DNA from: Neoconidiobolus thromboides FSU 785
Taxonomy: Eukaryota; Fungi; Entomophthoromycota
Direction of reading: 5' to 3'
NCBI GenBank assembly: GCA_025603075.1
Contig: MU626343.1
Location: 23,599 to 87,598 of the forward strand
DNA: 64,000 bases
Position 1 is the stretch's first letter, and each line of letters starts with the position of its first letter. The translations under genes and the position numbers were made by a program. The notes under the pieces were generated by a model. It searched no databases and was not told where the DNA came from. It saw nothing but the letters and a program-made list of their open reading frames with translations. Of this stretch, positions 24,243 to 38,044 are shown piece by piece.

Positions 24243-24325
24243 CCTTTACTTATATTTTAGTTTAATTTGACTTAGGAATATTTTCTATTTTTCTTTTCTT
24301 CAATAAATAGCAATAAAAATTTAAT

Positions 24326-24432
24326 ATATGGGGATGTATTTTTGTATTTAAGAATTTTACTAACAAACTTTCCGCTCAAATAGCACTTAAAAAATGGAAA
24401 AAATAATGAAGTCAAAAAAAACACTCCCATAT
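24326..24432 (+). mobile_element. Family-A MITE
   Basis: ATAT-GGGGATGTA..CACTCCC-ATAT. Confidence 0.9.
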
Positions 24433-25194
24433 GTTGAAAATTTTGGACAAAACATGGTTATAGTTAATCCCTTGAAGCAAATTTCCAAAGGTAGCATTTA
24501 ACTACTTGAGTACCATGAAAGAAATTGTTCATCAAATCTTTAGAATTAGAATTGATAAGCATTGTTTGCATATGATTTAAATCAAAATTATGACAATCAT
24601 TACCCACGTAATTTAATTAAATTAACCCCTCAAGTAGTGAATTTCAAAAAAAAGCTGATCCAATTGGCACAAGGTTAATTAGATTATAATCTAAAGGACA
24701 GAATTTTTTTAGACATTTGGTACTCATAGGATCAAACGAATCTAAATCTAGAAAATATATTCATCCGTAAAAATTTAACCGAATTCCTAATTTCATTTTA
24801 TTCAATTTCCATGCACCAAACTTAGCTAAACACTAAAAATGTAGTATCACCAAACAAAAAAGGGCATGATTTTAATTAGGAAATATTGATCATGCATTTA
24901 TTATCATTTTGTTTTATCTTCTTATATAATAAAGCAAAGCTTAACTAGATTGGAATCATATATATGTATCATTAACTTGAATACAACAGTTAAATCAACT
25001 AATTTATTCAAATGAAGATTTTACATATTAAATTTGACGTTTTACTCATCAACATATTCAAGCCTTGATTAAGGGGTGTAAAATGATTGGTTAACTTAAA
25101 AATTAAAGTTAACTCAGGATAAAATAATTAAATAACTAATTTATTTAATGTGTTTATTATTTTTACCATCTTAATTTATATAAATTAAACTTCG

Positions 25195-27202
25195 ATGTCC
25201 GTTACATTACCAATAAAAAAAATGAATAACGGTGCTGATATAGTGTTAGATAATTTACCAGACGGAACCAAAATAAGTCGAATTTCATGTATGGTATGCC
25301 GAGTTCATCGTAAAAAATGTTCAAGAAATTATCCGTCTTGTGTGACTTGTTTAAAGCGAGGTATAGATTGTGAATATCCAAAAAGAAAAGTCAAAAATTC
25401 CGCAAAGGAAAGCGAAACTAGTGATGTACAACCAATTTTATATAAACAAGTTTTACTAGGCCCAAACATACAGCAACAGAATTTGGGAAATAGTTGTATG
25501 ACGCAAGTATTTAAATATCACGATATTGGAAAAACTTCATCAAGGGGAATTAAAGGGATTTCAAAGAATTTAAGCTATAATAATATTGATAAAAGTCGAA
25601 CAGTAGAAAGAAGGAATAAAAAAAATCATAGGAGTTTATCCATTTCTGTACTCAAAGGTAATTATTTTTTAAACTTGACAATTAGTTATTTAAACAAATA
25701 GAATTATAGCTGTAGAAATATTTTCATTTATATTAAGTAAATCCGGATTCAATTATAATAATCAAATACTATTCCGTAACGCAGATGGTAGTATGGAATA
25801 TTGTGGCTCAAGTCCAGTGGGTACATTATTATTAAGTCATCTCAATTTAAGTCAAAAATTCAATACTTCCACTCAAAATTTATCCAATGTACTACCATTA
25901 TTTAACAAAAAGCAATACCAAAATTTAAGTCAACATTTAATGCAAGAAATGGACATGAACTATAATTATATACTCGAAGAGTGTACCCGTGCTTACTTTC
26001 GTTGTTATTCTTTCTTTTTTCCTATCCTTGATGAAAAGTATTTAAAAGATGTAAATAGCCCATTATTAGTTAAACTCGTAGCTGCTATTGGTAGCAAATA
26101 TGTCACCAAGGATCCTCCTCCAAAATACATGATTGAATGGCTTGACCATCAAGCCATAAGTGAATTCCGAAGTCAATTTTTAAGTTCTAAAATTGAAGTA
26201 ATTTTTGGTTTAATGTTAATTGGGCAATATCAGGTAGGTTCTACTGAATTTTCATCTGCCTGGTTATATCAATCATATAACATAATCTTTACACTTTTAT
26301 TTGGCTTAAATAAATCATTACCAGGAAGCTTTAATCAAACATTACGACAGAAAAGATTACGATGTCATCACTGGTGGGCCTGTTGTATACAAGATAAATT
26401 AAATACAAGTTTATTAAATCGACCCATGTTATTACATGCCAATGAAAGTAGAATGGCTTATCCCGATTTCCCTAAATTACCAAAACTTGATAACAATCCG
26501 TCGGAATTAGAATTCATTATGGGTAGAGATCAATTAGCTGGTACTTATTTTAAATATTGTGTAAGATTACATGAGTTAATAGGACACGCTACTTCATGTT
26601 TAAAGAGTCGATTTGATAAAGAAAAAAATGTATATAAAGCACATACTCTATGCCAAGCATTATTAGGTAAATTTAATTTGTGTTTTGCTAAATTTATAAA
26701 GAGGATGGATCAAATTACCCATCATCAGCCAAAATGGATGGTAGATATTAGTAATTTATTAAAGATGACCAATTTATGTTATCGTAATGCTACTATTATT
26801 CGATTATGTAGTTATTTTCAGCGTTATGTGGATTTACCTATACATAATATTTACGATCGAATTGCAGCTCACGCATCCACCGAAATTTTGTTTTATGCTA
26901 ATGCATTAAAAGAAGATTTTTTTCGATTTGGTTTAGTGTATCGACTATATGCGGTATCTTCAGCCACTTTAGTACATGCCAGATTGGCTTCAAGAAACAA
27001 TGTAAATAGTATATCATTGGATAATCATGACAAGAAATTTGAAGTAGAAAATTTACCGCAATTACCGAATATTCAAAAATGTAAAGAGTTGAGTAGTTTA
27101 GGTCTTAATTTATTGTATAATGCTAGACCTTATTTAACTATTGCTGAACAGTTTTATAAGGTTACTAACGATATGATGTTAATGGAAACAACAAAAGATT
27201 AA
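25195..27202 (+). CDS. Zn(II)2Cys6 fungal transcription factor with fungal-specific middle-homology domain, 651 aa, 2 exons
   Basis: CMVCRVHRKKCSRNYPSCVTCLKRGIDC; intron 25658-25709 joins in frame to the 25793 ORF; YF....FPILD and R..WW.C.I.D...S..L.RP motifs. Confidence 0.9.
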
Positions 27203-27607
27203 TAGCAGAACATATAATATAAGCGGTAGGAGCTAAGATTCAGACATATAGCTACAGTAACGTATATGATTATTTAAGTAACCTGATTATAATAAATGTT
27301 ATAATATCGGTTTATAACTATTTTGATTATCTTTGAATAAAAAGGTAAAATAATTTCAAGAGATTTCTCTATTGTAGTATTAGTTCAAATTTAATAAATT
27401 GTATAAATAGTTTAATAATTTAGATTTTAAATTCTGACACAAAATAGTGTTTTATTAGGATTTTAAAAAAACTATAATTGATGTATTGTTAAAAAAATCA
27501 AATAAATTTGATGTAAAAATAATCAAAAACTAAACTGAAAAGAAAGAACTTTAATTTTGTCTTAATTTTCAAAATAGTGAAAAGTGCTTGCCTAATAAGT
27601 AATAATT

Positions 27608-28033
27608 GGGGATGCCCTGATTGATCTCAGAATTTAGTTAAATTCAATTTTTAAGTTTTAAATTTGTAAGTCCTTAATACATAATTCAAAAGCTTAAAAT
27701 TAGAGAAATTTAATTTAAAGGCTTATATTTCAGTAGCAATATTTTTTTTGATTTCATCACTTTCTCTATTTTTAAGCACTATTTGAGTAAAAAGATTGCT
27801 AGTAGAATTCTTAAAAAATACATCCCCTTTAATTGTTTTTTCATTCAATGTTTAATGGATATATAATATATATATGTATAATTATTTAACTTTACTTTTT
27901 ATTAAAATAAAAATAAAAGAAATGTTAAAGTTTGTTATTGATAATAATAAATCTAACCAAGTGATGTATAAAATTAATGGTTTAAAGGAAATAGGAAACA
28001 AGAAACAAAAATCAATAAATAGCATTATTATTA
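27608..28033 (+). mobile_element. Family-C 5' fragment
   Basis: AATT-GGGGATGCCCTGATTGATCTCAG terminus; 27900-28033 is homologous to the transposase N-terminal segment at 50540-50660 (KF.ID.NK.NQVMYKI..L...GNK). Confidence 0.6.
27741..27827 (-). mobile_element. Family-A MITE, truncated
   Basis: TTTCATCAC..TTTAAGCACTATTTGAG..ATACATCCCC. Confidence 0.7.
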
Positions 28034-28035
28034 AT

Positions 28036-28232
28036 ATGTGGGAGTGTTTTTTTTGACTTCATTATTTTTTCCATTTTTTAAGCGCTATTTGAGTGGAAGG
28101 ATTGTTAGTAAAATTCTTAAACAAAAAATACATCCCCGTATTTTTTGTTTAAGAATTTTACTAACAATCCTTCCACTCAAATAACGCTTAAAAGATGGAA
28201 AAAGTAATGAAGCCAAAAAAAATATCCCGATA
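28036..28232. mobile_element. Fused inverted pair of family-A MITEs forming a long hairpin
   Basis: Reverse copy 28036-28137 joined to a forward copy lacking its first 6 nt; perfect 46-bp arms (28086-28131 / 28138-28183) around a 6-nt loop ATCCCC. Confidence 0.85.
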
Positions 28233-28881
28233 CAGTTAGTTGGTTTAAAAAAAAGGCCACTCAAAAACCACATTTTCTATAGCTATCTATTTGGAAATAG
28301 ATAGGCATAAATCCTATATTTGTGTCTGTTTATAATGTATACTATTATTAATAAAATTATCCTTTACAATGGGATCACAATTAAAAGTACTGGCTAAAAT
28401 CGGAATATTATTGGCTGATTGCATTTTAAATTAAATCTTATATGGTTGACATAGTTGTTTATTTTATTACTAATAACAGCTAATCAAAATGCTATTCAAA
28501 ATTACCTACCTACACTTTAAAACCATTAGATGCTATTGATGATATTTAACGGTGTTAGGGTGTTAACATATATCAACATAATTGAAAATGAGTTATCCAA
28601 AGTTAATATAACTTTGGCCAATTAATTGTTTCTGGCTTAATTATTAAGATCAGTAAAGCAATTCAAGAATTACAAATATAATAAACCATATCTTATAGAA
28701 ACTGTTACTGCAGATTTGATTTCAATATAAGATAGGTATTTTTACTTTATACTTAGAAAATCATCATGATTAAATTCAGCGAATGCAAATTTTAAAATGC
28801 CTCATTAATATTGAAATAATTAGTAGTAAATCCATTTTTAGACAAAAATCTTGATTAATTTTCAATTAACATTATATACAA

Positions 28882-29990
28882 ATGTCATTAGCTTTGGGCT
28901 ACTCCTCCTCTTCAGAAGAAGAGAATGAAAAAATCAAAGTTAATAGTAAAAATCAAATCATCTTAACCAAACCAAAGAAAATAGAAGATTCTGATGAAGA
29001 AACTGAATCTAAACCAATAGCTATAAAATTAAAACCACAATTACATTTTACGAAATTAAAATCAACTAGCAGAGGCTCTAAATTATTTGATATTTTACCA
29101 GAGGTCAAAGTAGTAGAAGAGGATGAAGGAGCTGAAAAATGGAAGGAAGATAAGGGGATTGTACCAAAAGAGATCAAAAAAGAAGTTATAAAGGAGACAG
29201 CATTTATTCCAAATAGTATAAAGAAAAAGGTCAATAGTCATATACAAAAACAAGTTGAAGAAAAAAAAGAAGAGGAATTAGGTATAGATAGTTTATTCCC
29301 AATTGGTAAGTAGTTAAAAAAGAAAGCATTTTTATTTAAAGATTTAATATTACTTTGAATTTAGATCCAGAAAGCTTCAACAATTACGCCGATGAAAGTA
29401 AAATTGAAGAATTATCTCGACCTATAACATCGGAACAAGAATACCATGAAACCAATACTGCCATTGATGAAGTTGCCTACTATCAGACAAATGAAATCTA
29501 TCGAGTAGATAAAGATAACCTTCATGCACAACAATATTTTAGGGATCAGATAGCTGATGAATTAGAAGATACCATTTACAATGGCTCTAAAAAAGAGTTG
29601 GAGGAGTTAAAAAATATGCAAAACATGCAAGAAATAGATTTGAACCAAGAATTGAATGATGAAGAGTCAATAGGTAACTTAACAAAAGGGAAAGATATCC
29701 AACCGGAGTTTAATATCAATAGGGTAAGTTTATTGTAATTATTTTTTGAAGATAGAATTGACTTAATGATCTATTTTTTTATTTTTTTTTAGCATCAATT
29801 ACCTAGTATTGGTAAAAGAAGATATAATATTGTTTATTTAGCTAATCAAGCTAAATCAAGGGATCAAGAGTTGCAAGATTATTATAATAAAAATAAAAAA
29901 ACAAGAAACGAAGCAAAGAAAAGATATGGTAAGTGAATGATATTTTTATTGTAAAATTTCAACTTAATTTTTTAAATTTTAGGATTTTAA
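28882..29990 (+). CDS. PRCC-family (proline-rich mitotic checkpoint control-like) protein, 4 exons
   Basis: Exons 28882-29305, 29365-29723, 29793-29928 and 29983-29990. N-terminus MSLALGYSSSSEEE; C-terminus KRRYNIVYLANQAKSRDQELQDYY..NKKTR.EAKKRYGF* fits the PRCC C-terminal pattern. Confidence 0.8.
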
Positions 29991-30218
29991 GACAATTCAC
30001 TGTTTTATAAAGGAAAGTTTGATTGATCCACTTGATTACGCTACAATTTGTTAACTCTTTTGATACATCGATTCTCTTTTGCTATACTAACTTTATTTGC
30101 AATTTGAAATAAATTCTCTTTTTTAATGTAAACAATAAAATACATAATGACTTAAGATTTTATTTTATTTTTATTTAATTTCAAATTGATAACTATTAAA
30201 CTTATTTAACTCCCAAAT

Positions 30219-30937
30219 TTATTTATATCCTTCCAATAATTCTAGTAACGCATTGACATTCAATCCCTTCTCTCCCACTAATAAAGTACTCACTCCTAAC
30301 CCATTAACATCTTTAATGTTCCTTGGTTCATCATCAAAGAAAGCCATTTCTTGAAACTCATATCCTGTCTCCTTTTTGATTTTATTAAAATGTGGTATTT
30401 TGTTCCCTGGATACATTTGAACGGATTCAAATAGATCCAACATAGCGTAAGGTTGAAGTAAATTTTGAGATAACTCTGAAGGTGGGTTGAGATTAAAAGA
30501 AACATATAATTTTTTTAATTGTTCTTCAGTTGCTGATATGGTCATTTTTTCTAATATACCTTGAGCCCTATTTAAAGAAAAAAGTTAAATTGATTCTAAT
30601 TAAGTAAATAAAAATCAATTTACCATACTGGTTCTGGGGTTCGTGAAGCAATAGCTAAATCTAATTTTAATTCACATTTTAAAAAGATTAATATACTAGC
30701 AACATACGGATAAAGTTTGACTACAAAACCAGATCTAATGAAATTCAAAAAATAAGTTCTTTTTCAGCAGATTTTATCCTATCATTATTTAAAAATTCTA
30801 ATATATTACCTATCAACCACTAAACCCTTATTATTAACTTTAAAGGGAGCTCCAGATATATGACAATCTACCCAAAATGGCCAGATTGTATAATCTAAAT
30901 CGACTACAATTAGTTTAGGTAAATTATTAAATTTCAT
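30219..30937 (-). CDS. MDP1: Magnesium-dependent phosphatase 1 (HAD superfamily), 3 exons
   Basis: MKFNNLPKLIVVDLDYTIWPFWVDCH, AIASRTPEP.WA, MYPGNKIPHF..I, FFDDEPRN. Confidence 0.92.
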
Positions 30938-31102
30938 TAAATATTTAAATAATAATAGTAATTATAATTATAGTTATAATTATAGTTATAATTTAAGAGA
31001 GTCTAAAATAAACCAATCAAATTTTATCAAATTTTTATTCTTCAATTTTTCTATTTGTTTTATTTATAATATAACACTACTTTATTATTTCTATTTCTCT
31101 TA

Positions 31103-34100
31103 TTAAAGCTCCAACCTTCGAAGTTTTGTGGCCACTTTATCGTTCTCATCTACTTTACTAATCTGATTTTCTTTATTTCCTTTATTTTCAATCTCTGGTT
31201 CCAATAACTTAACTACTAAATTCTGTTTCAGTCCACCATCACCACCCCCTCTATTAGTTTGATTAATTTCTAGCTGTACTTTCACCTTTAAAAATAAAAA
31301 GATCTCAGTTTTATTTTCAAATCTCAATATTTTTTCATTTTCATCAAATTCATAAACAATCAATTTTTCATTCTTTTCAGATTCTTTTTGGTTAATATGA
31401 ACAATGGATTCAATTCCATATTTAGGTATTAATACTACAAACCCATTCTTTAATACTTTAATAACATATCCATCTTCTACTACTGTTTTGCCTTTAAAAT
31501 ACAAATGAGTGAATAACTCTACAGACCCACGTGCTGCTTGTTGAGCATTGCGATGGCGGTTATTTAAAGCTATAATAATAATAATTAATAAATTAAATTT
31601 CTATTAAAAATAAATTAAATTATATTTACTTTTACATTGTTCTTCCATGCCTTGTTTATTTAATAAGGCAGGATCTAATGGATGATCTACATCAATAGAT
31701 GCATGCAATAATCGATGAACAATAACATCTGAAATAAAAATAATTAATTAATTAATTAATTAATTATAAAATAAATAAATAAATAAATTCATTTTAAATT
31801 TTACCTGAATATCTTCTAATAGGTGAAGTAAAATGAGTATAAATATCAGTAGCTAACCCATAATGTTTAAATTCTTCTTGTGGTACAGAACCAGATGAAA
31901 AATATTGGGCTTGCATCATACATCTAGTTGTTAATATTCTAACTAATTTATTAAGATAAGGATCTTCTGGAATATTAATAGCATCTAACGAATCTGCTAA
32001 CTCTTTAGAACTGGAATATTTTAAACAAACATTTAACCTTTTTAAAGCTTGATTTAAATTTTCAAAATTAACCGGTGGTGGGGTAGGATGAGATCTTAAT
32101 AAAGCACATAATGGAAAAGTTGTATATATCTTTTTAGCTACTGAAATATTAGCTAACAACATAAATTCTTCTACTAATGCATTGGTATCATGTAATTCTT
32201 TCATTTCTACATCAACTGGATCTTGGGATTCATTTTCTAATGAAAATCTTACTTCTGGTGAAGATAAAGTTAATGCCCCAGCTTCTAATCTTTTAGCTTT
32301 TAATAATTTAGCAAATTTATTTAATTGTCGAATCCCTTGAGTTAATGAATCTTTTTGATTCAAATCATCAATTTGTTTTTGTGCTTCTTCATAGGTAAAA
32401 GATTTCTTGGATTTTATTACCGATTTCATAAACTTAGTATTAATGATTTCTGCTTTTTCATTCATTTCCCAAACACAAGAAAATGCTAATCTTTCTACAT
32501 TACTTTTTAATGAACATAAATTAGTACCTAATAATCCAGGTAACATATCAATTCTTTGATTAACTAAATAAACAGTAGTACATCTATTAGCAGCTTCTTT
32601 ATCCATTACAGTCCCTGGCTTAACAAAATAAGTAACATCAGCTATATGAACTCCTACTTCATAATTACCATTGGGTAATTTTCTAGCATGTAAAGCATCA
32701 TCAATATCAGTACAACCTGGAGGATCAATAGAACAAATATCTAATTCTCTAAAATCCATTCTATTTTTAACATGTTCATCTAGTACTTTCCATGAATCTC
32801 CTTCTTTTGGTAAACAAGATAATACATTAGTTGAAAATTCATAATGAGGTACATCATGTTCTAATAATAATACTTCAGTTTCTGTATCTTTATCACCTGC
32901 TTCACCTAACGATTTAATAAAATGTCCCATAGGATATTTAGATGTTGTATTCCATGAATCAATACTTACAATAATTCGTTGATTTAATAATTGATTAACT
33001 TGTCTTGTTCTTATTTTTATTTTAGGTATTTTATTATCTAATGGTTGAAATAATACAAATTGAGTATTTCCAATAGATACCTCTTTATTATCTATATTAT
33101 TGTTAATATTTCCTTTAATACTACTTTTATCAATAAATCCACAATATGGTCGCCAATTTTTTTTAATAATACCTACTATTTTACCACATGGTTGAGCATC
33201 TTTATTATTAATAATTATGTTATTATTATTAATCTTTTCCAATTCCTTTTCATCTTCTTCATTAGTAATTACTATAGATTCTGTAATGCCCCATTCATTT
33301 TGAGGTAATAATTCAACACAAACAATATCTCCATGAATACCTCGATTCAAATATTTTCTACCAATTATTGAGATATTTTTTTCTTCTCCATTAATTTTCC
33401 CATAAATTGAACCTTCTAAATAATTATGTTGTGATATATTTAAACTACCTTTAAAATATTTTTCATTTTTGATACCAGCATTCATAGCCGTTAATGATAT
33501 ATATTCTTCGTATTTAATCTCTTCTTTATCTTTAAAATTACTTTTTTCGGCAATTAAATCAATTAAATTGGGTCGATCACTTATCTGTTTAGCATAATCA
33601 TAAGCTATTTAGTTGAATTGAATTATCATTATTATTATTATTATATTATTATTATTATTTAATATTACCTGAAAAAGTAGATAAACCTTCAGCCACTGCT
33701 TTTCTTCTATTATCAGCATCATCAGATAACATAACTACTTCTAAATCACCAATTTGTTTGACATGATTATTAAACCATTGAGTAGCTACTCGGATAGCTT
33801 ATATAATTTATATGAATAAATAATTTAAATAATCTAAATAATAACCATTTTCATTTACCTCGATCATTTCTATCATTTGGGCTTTCATTTGGTAAACGTT
33901 CAATAAAAGTGGATCTAATTTTAAAAAAATATTAATTTAATAAATTAATATAATAGAAATTATATTAATAATTACTTATGATGCTCATTAGAAAATAATA
34001 AAAACTTTTTATCTTTATCATTAAACCAATTTTTAACTCTTAGATAAATTGTACTACTTAAGTTACGTACTTCTTCTGCAACAGTACTTAATATAATGAC

Positions 34101-34414
34101 ATTAGATAATTGATCTAAGAAATCCATCTATAAAAAAAGATTAATCTTTCATTAAAAGAATACTATTTTTTTCTTGTTTTTACCTGATTCAATACCACAT
34201 TAGTATCTGGTATTAAATAATGAGGTTTTGAAATTATTTTTCCCACAATAGATTTGGTACCAGTTAAATTATTTAATTTAATATCTTGAGTTGATGGACA
34301 TTGAGTACAACCTTCAATAGAACAATAGATATCATCTCGAAGATAATGCTCAGTAACTACTTTGACTACTTTTCCTTTCCCAGTTTTTTTATTAAATGTT
34401 TTATTACGAAGCAT
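31103..34414 (-). CDS. DIS3: Exosome catalytic subunit Dis3/Rrp44, 7 exons
   Basis: PIN domain (VVTEHYLRDDI, IPDTNVVL, ESPNDRNDRAIR) and RNB domain (CSIDPPGCTDIDDALH, LVEEFMLLAN, YTHFTSPIRRYSDV..HRLL), then an S1 C-terminus. All joins are GT-AG. Confidence 0.97.
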
Positions 34415-34955
34415 ATTCGAAACTTATTTTGTGCAAAAAGGTATCAAAATGAAAATATAACTTTCATAGTTTATTATTTTACAAATTGAAGCTAAAAATT
34501 TATTGGTTAAAATTACTTAAGTTTTGCTTATTTTAAAATTTTGGTTCATTTCTAAGGAAAATTATTTAAAAAACCTTGAAGCTTTTAAGTATTCAAAAAA
34601 AACAAAGTTGGAAGGATATTAAAACAATAATAATAAATTATTACTAAAAACTATTGAAACCACTCTAAGTAGTTCTAACAAATAGACTAATATTTTATTT
34701 AAAATTGAGAAGTTTGAGTTTAAATAAAACATTCAAAATTAAATAATATCTATTTAAAATAAAGAAAATATTTGAGTTACTATTTTTATAGTCAAATAAA
34801 TATTATAAATATTGTAATACAACTAACTTACAAATTATTTAATATTATTTTCTTTAATTTCAATACTTTTATTCATTTTATAATTGTTATAAAATATAAG
34901 AATATTCTTAATAAACTTTATAAAAATATTTTTAATTAAATTTCATTCTCCTTCT

Positions 34956-36219
34956 CTAATTTTCTTCTGGCTTCCAAACATTTGGTAAATTATTTAAACC
35001 TCTATCATCATCTCCTAATCTAGAAACAGTATCATCCCACTCCAAATTACCCATCAAATATGTCAATGTATGTAATCTAGTTTCCGATATCTTTAAAATT
35101 TCATCAGTAGCTTCTTCATTTAATTTACCAAATGATGTTAATATCCCCTCTTTGTCAATAATACCAAAATCGTTATCAATTTTTTCCACTAATAATCCTT
35201 TTTCAAATGCCAAGTTCGTAGTTTGTTCAATTGCTTTTGGTAAATCATTGATCATTTTTCTTAAACCAACTGGTAATTGAGAAAAATCAGTTATTTCTAA
35301 GCTATCGTCTTCAGTTACTTCTTCATTAAAAATTTCTGATTTTAATTTTTTTAAATTTAGTAACATTTGGGATTGACTACGCCAATGCCATAATTCCATT
35401 TTAGCTAACGAGTCAGTGATCGTATCATCTTCTTGTGGGTTAAATTTGATTTGATTTAAGAAATTAAGGATTGATTCAGGTTGATTTGGTTGTATCATTG
35501 TATTTTGAAATAAATTACCTTTGGAAAAGTTGGAATTGATTTCAGGTAATTTATCAATAATACCTAATGTCCATTGTAACATACCTTTGAAATAAATCCA
35601 TTAAAGATTCTTCTTCATATATAAAAACATAATACAAAAATAAATACTTACCAAAATCTTCCCATGACCAACTATTTTCATTTAATTCCATATCACTCCA
35701 TGTACCTAATGGTTTAATTAAATATTGAAACTCCTAAATTTAAATTTAAATTTATAAATTTTTTCAATTATTTCCATTTTAAAACTTACCTTATTACTAA
35801 ACTTCTCCTTTAACTCACAAGCACTTATTGCATTTTGAATACCTCTATCAGCAGACTCTATTCTATCACCTAAATTAATAAATTTACTATTAATATCTCT
35901 CAGTTCAAATTAAAAATATTAATTCTAACTTACCTGAAGCTCCATTTTTAATCGCTGCTTCAATACCCCATCTTGCCAAAAATAATTGTAAACAAACGGT
36001 TCGATATTTAATATCTGTTAAACTTCTACCTTGTCCAGAATTAAATATATAACTTTGATCAAATCCTGAAGTTAAGTTTGAATTGAATTTACTATCGGAA
36101 GCATAGTGACGATTAATAATGGAAAGTCGAGTAAAGTGAGGTACTAAGGTTTTGTTTATTAAAGTTGATTTACTTAAAAATGGTTGTCGAAATTGTAATA
36201 TTTTCTTCAATACTTGCAT
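34956..36219 (-). CDS. DUF4272-like protein with predicted mitochondrial presequence, 4 exons
   Basis: Exons about 36219-35934, 35869-35790, 35733-35652 and 35585-34956. SWSWEDFGMLQWTLG, ELWHWRSQ and ETRLHTLTYLMGNLEWDD resemble DUF4272 motifs (SWR.E...LLWALG, LWHWR.R, ERH.ALNWL..WD). The N-terminus is basic/hydroxylated with no acidic residues and ends NRHY|AS. Confidence 0.65.
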
Positions 36220-36353
36220 ACTTAATATTGGACTTTTTTAAGGTTTAAAGAGTGCAAAAGTAAAATTATTGGAAAATGAAATTTTTTGATTTTGTAATTA
36301 GTCAAAAATAAACATTAAATTTAAAGCTCAAGGAATTGAAATCGATTTTTTTT

Positions 36354-36460
36354 ATATGGGGATGTATTTTTACGTTTAAGAATTTTATTAACAAATTTTC
36401 CATTCAAATAGTGCTTAAAAGATGAAAAAAGTGATGAGGCTAAAAAAAATACACCTATAT
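36354..36460 (+). mobile_element. Family-A MITE
   Basis: ATAT-GGGGATGTA..TACACCT-ATAT. Confidence 0.85.
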
Positions 36461-37093
36461 ATTGTTTGTTGATAAGTAATGTTGACAATAAAAATGAAAG
36501 TAAATCATGTGTAGTTAATTAGAATATTTTATGTGGATAAATTTAAAGATCAAAACTCAAATTCAACATTAGTAGTTCGGTTTTCCTTTTTTGCTCATTT
36601 TTGTGCGACATAAACTCCAAAAACGATTATTAGCCAAAGATATAAATAAAAAACACTCTTAATTGATTTAGTTGAGAATTAATCGAAAATACTAGCTTTT
36701 TTTTAGTATTCTACATTTACTTTACAGTTTCTATTAATACCAATATTTTAGTTAAAACTGAGCTGTATTCTTCAATTAAAAGGCTTCGATTTTTTAACTA
36801 AATACTTGATTATCCCTATTTTTATTGATTCATTAAGTGATATAATAAATAACTACTTATCAATGTAGTAATCATCCAGTTTGATAAATCATGAAAATAA
36901 ACCATAGATTCAACTTGCACAAATTAGTGCACAAAAGCTATATTATTTAAAATAATACACTATATACATTAAACAAAAGACATTAAATTTAAATTTAATA
37001 GATACATATTTAGAGTATCGTCTTTTTTATATAAAATACATAACTAAATAAATTGGGAGTTCCGAGGACTGTTTTTTACAGACCATGTTTAAC

Positions 37094-37202
37094 ATCTGGG
37101 GATGTTTTTTTTTTTCGATTTATTACTTTTCTATTTTTTAAGCGTTATTTGAATGGAAAAATTGTTAGTAAAATTCTCAAACATAAAAATACATCCCCAT
37201 CT
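37094..37202 (-). mobile_element. Family-A MITE with TSD ATCT
   Basis: ATCT-GGGGATG..CATCCCC-ATCT. Confidence 0.87.
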
Positions 37203-38044
37203 CTTTTGCTCAAAAAATCATTAAACCACTCCAAATATCATATTATAATCATTTATAAAATGAAATGAAATGAAAATATCTCTATTAATAAGAATAAACA
37301 AATTAATAAGCAATAAATATTAATATAAATGTTCCTTGTTAATGAAGCAACAGTCCATGTTAAATACAGTCATTAATATAGGGTACAAGGTATGTCAAAG
37401 ACTATTAAGTTATATAGGATGAAAATTGATGGCATAATATAAGTTATCACTTTTTATAGAATGAATTGTAAATTTTACGCTAACTTTAAAATAATAAGTT
37501 TAAAATAATAAGACTAATAAGAATTCATTAAAAGTATAATATATGACTATATATGCTTACTTTAATCTATTTATACTAATTTAGATAAAAAATAAAAAAT
37601 TATAATATGACATAAATTTGAGATTTCTAATATTGTTAAATAGGTAAAAAGAACCTAAAAATCATTATGATAATATTGTATACCAAATAAAATAAAATTA
37701 ATTTATTATAAACTTTATATTAATATTGATTATATTCTAAAGGGTTGGCATTGATAGCTACCTAGTTGTTTTGAGGAACTAATTGAGAAACTAATATACT
37801 TTATGAAAGTAATTACCTTTATTTAAATCTTAAAATCAATTACAATTAAGAGAACGGAGAACTACCAATCGTGATTCTTGATAGTATATTAAGGACTGTT
37901 GAATAAATTAAATAATTAAAAGTCTGTCGATTTGTTTTTGTCAGAATATGGGATATACTAGTTGTGAAATTGTTCCTGTAATAAACCATTTCAATTTTTT
38001 AAACACAATTTTCCTATTTGAATAATAATAATAATAATAAAACA

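Noticed and set aside
23100-24432. Regularly recurring ~100-bp repeats with unique spacers, CRISPR-like at first sight
   Set aside because: Eukaryotic context; the repeats are too long, irregularly spaced, found in both orientations across the window and carry TIRs and TSDs. No cas genes.
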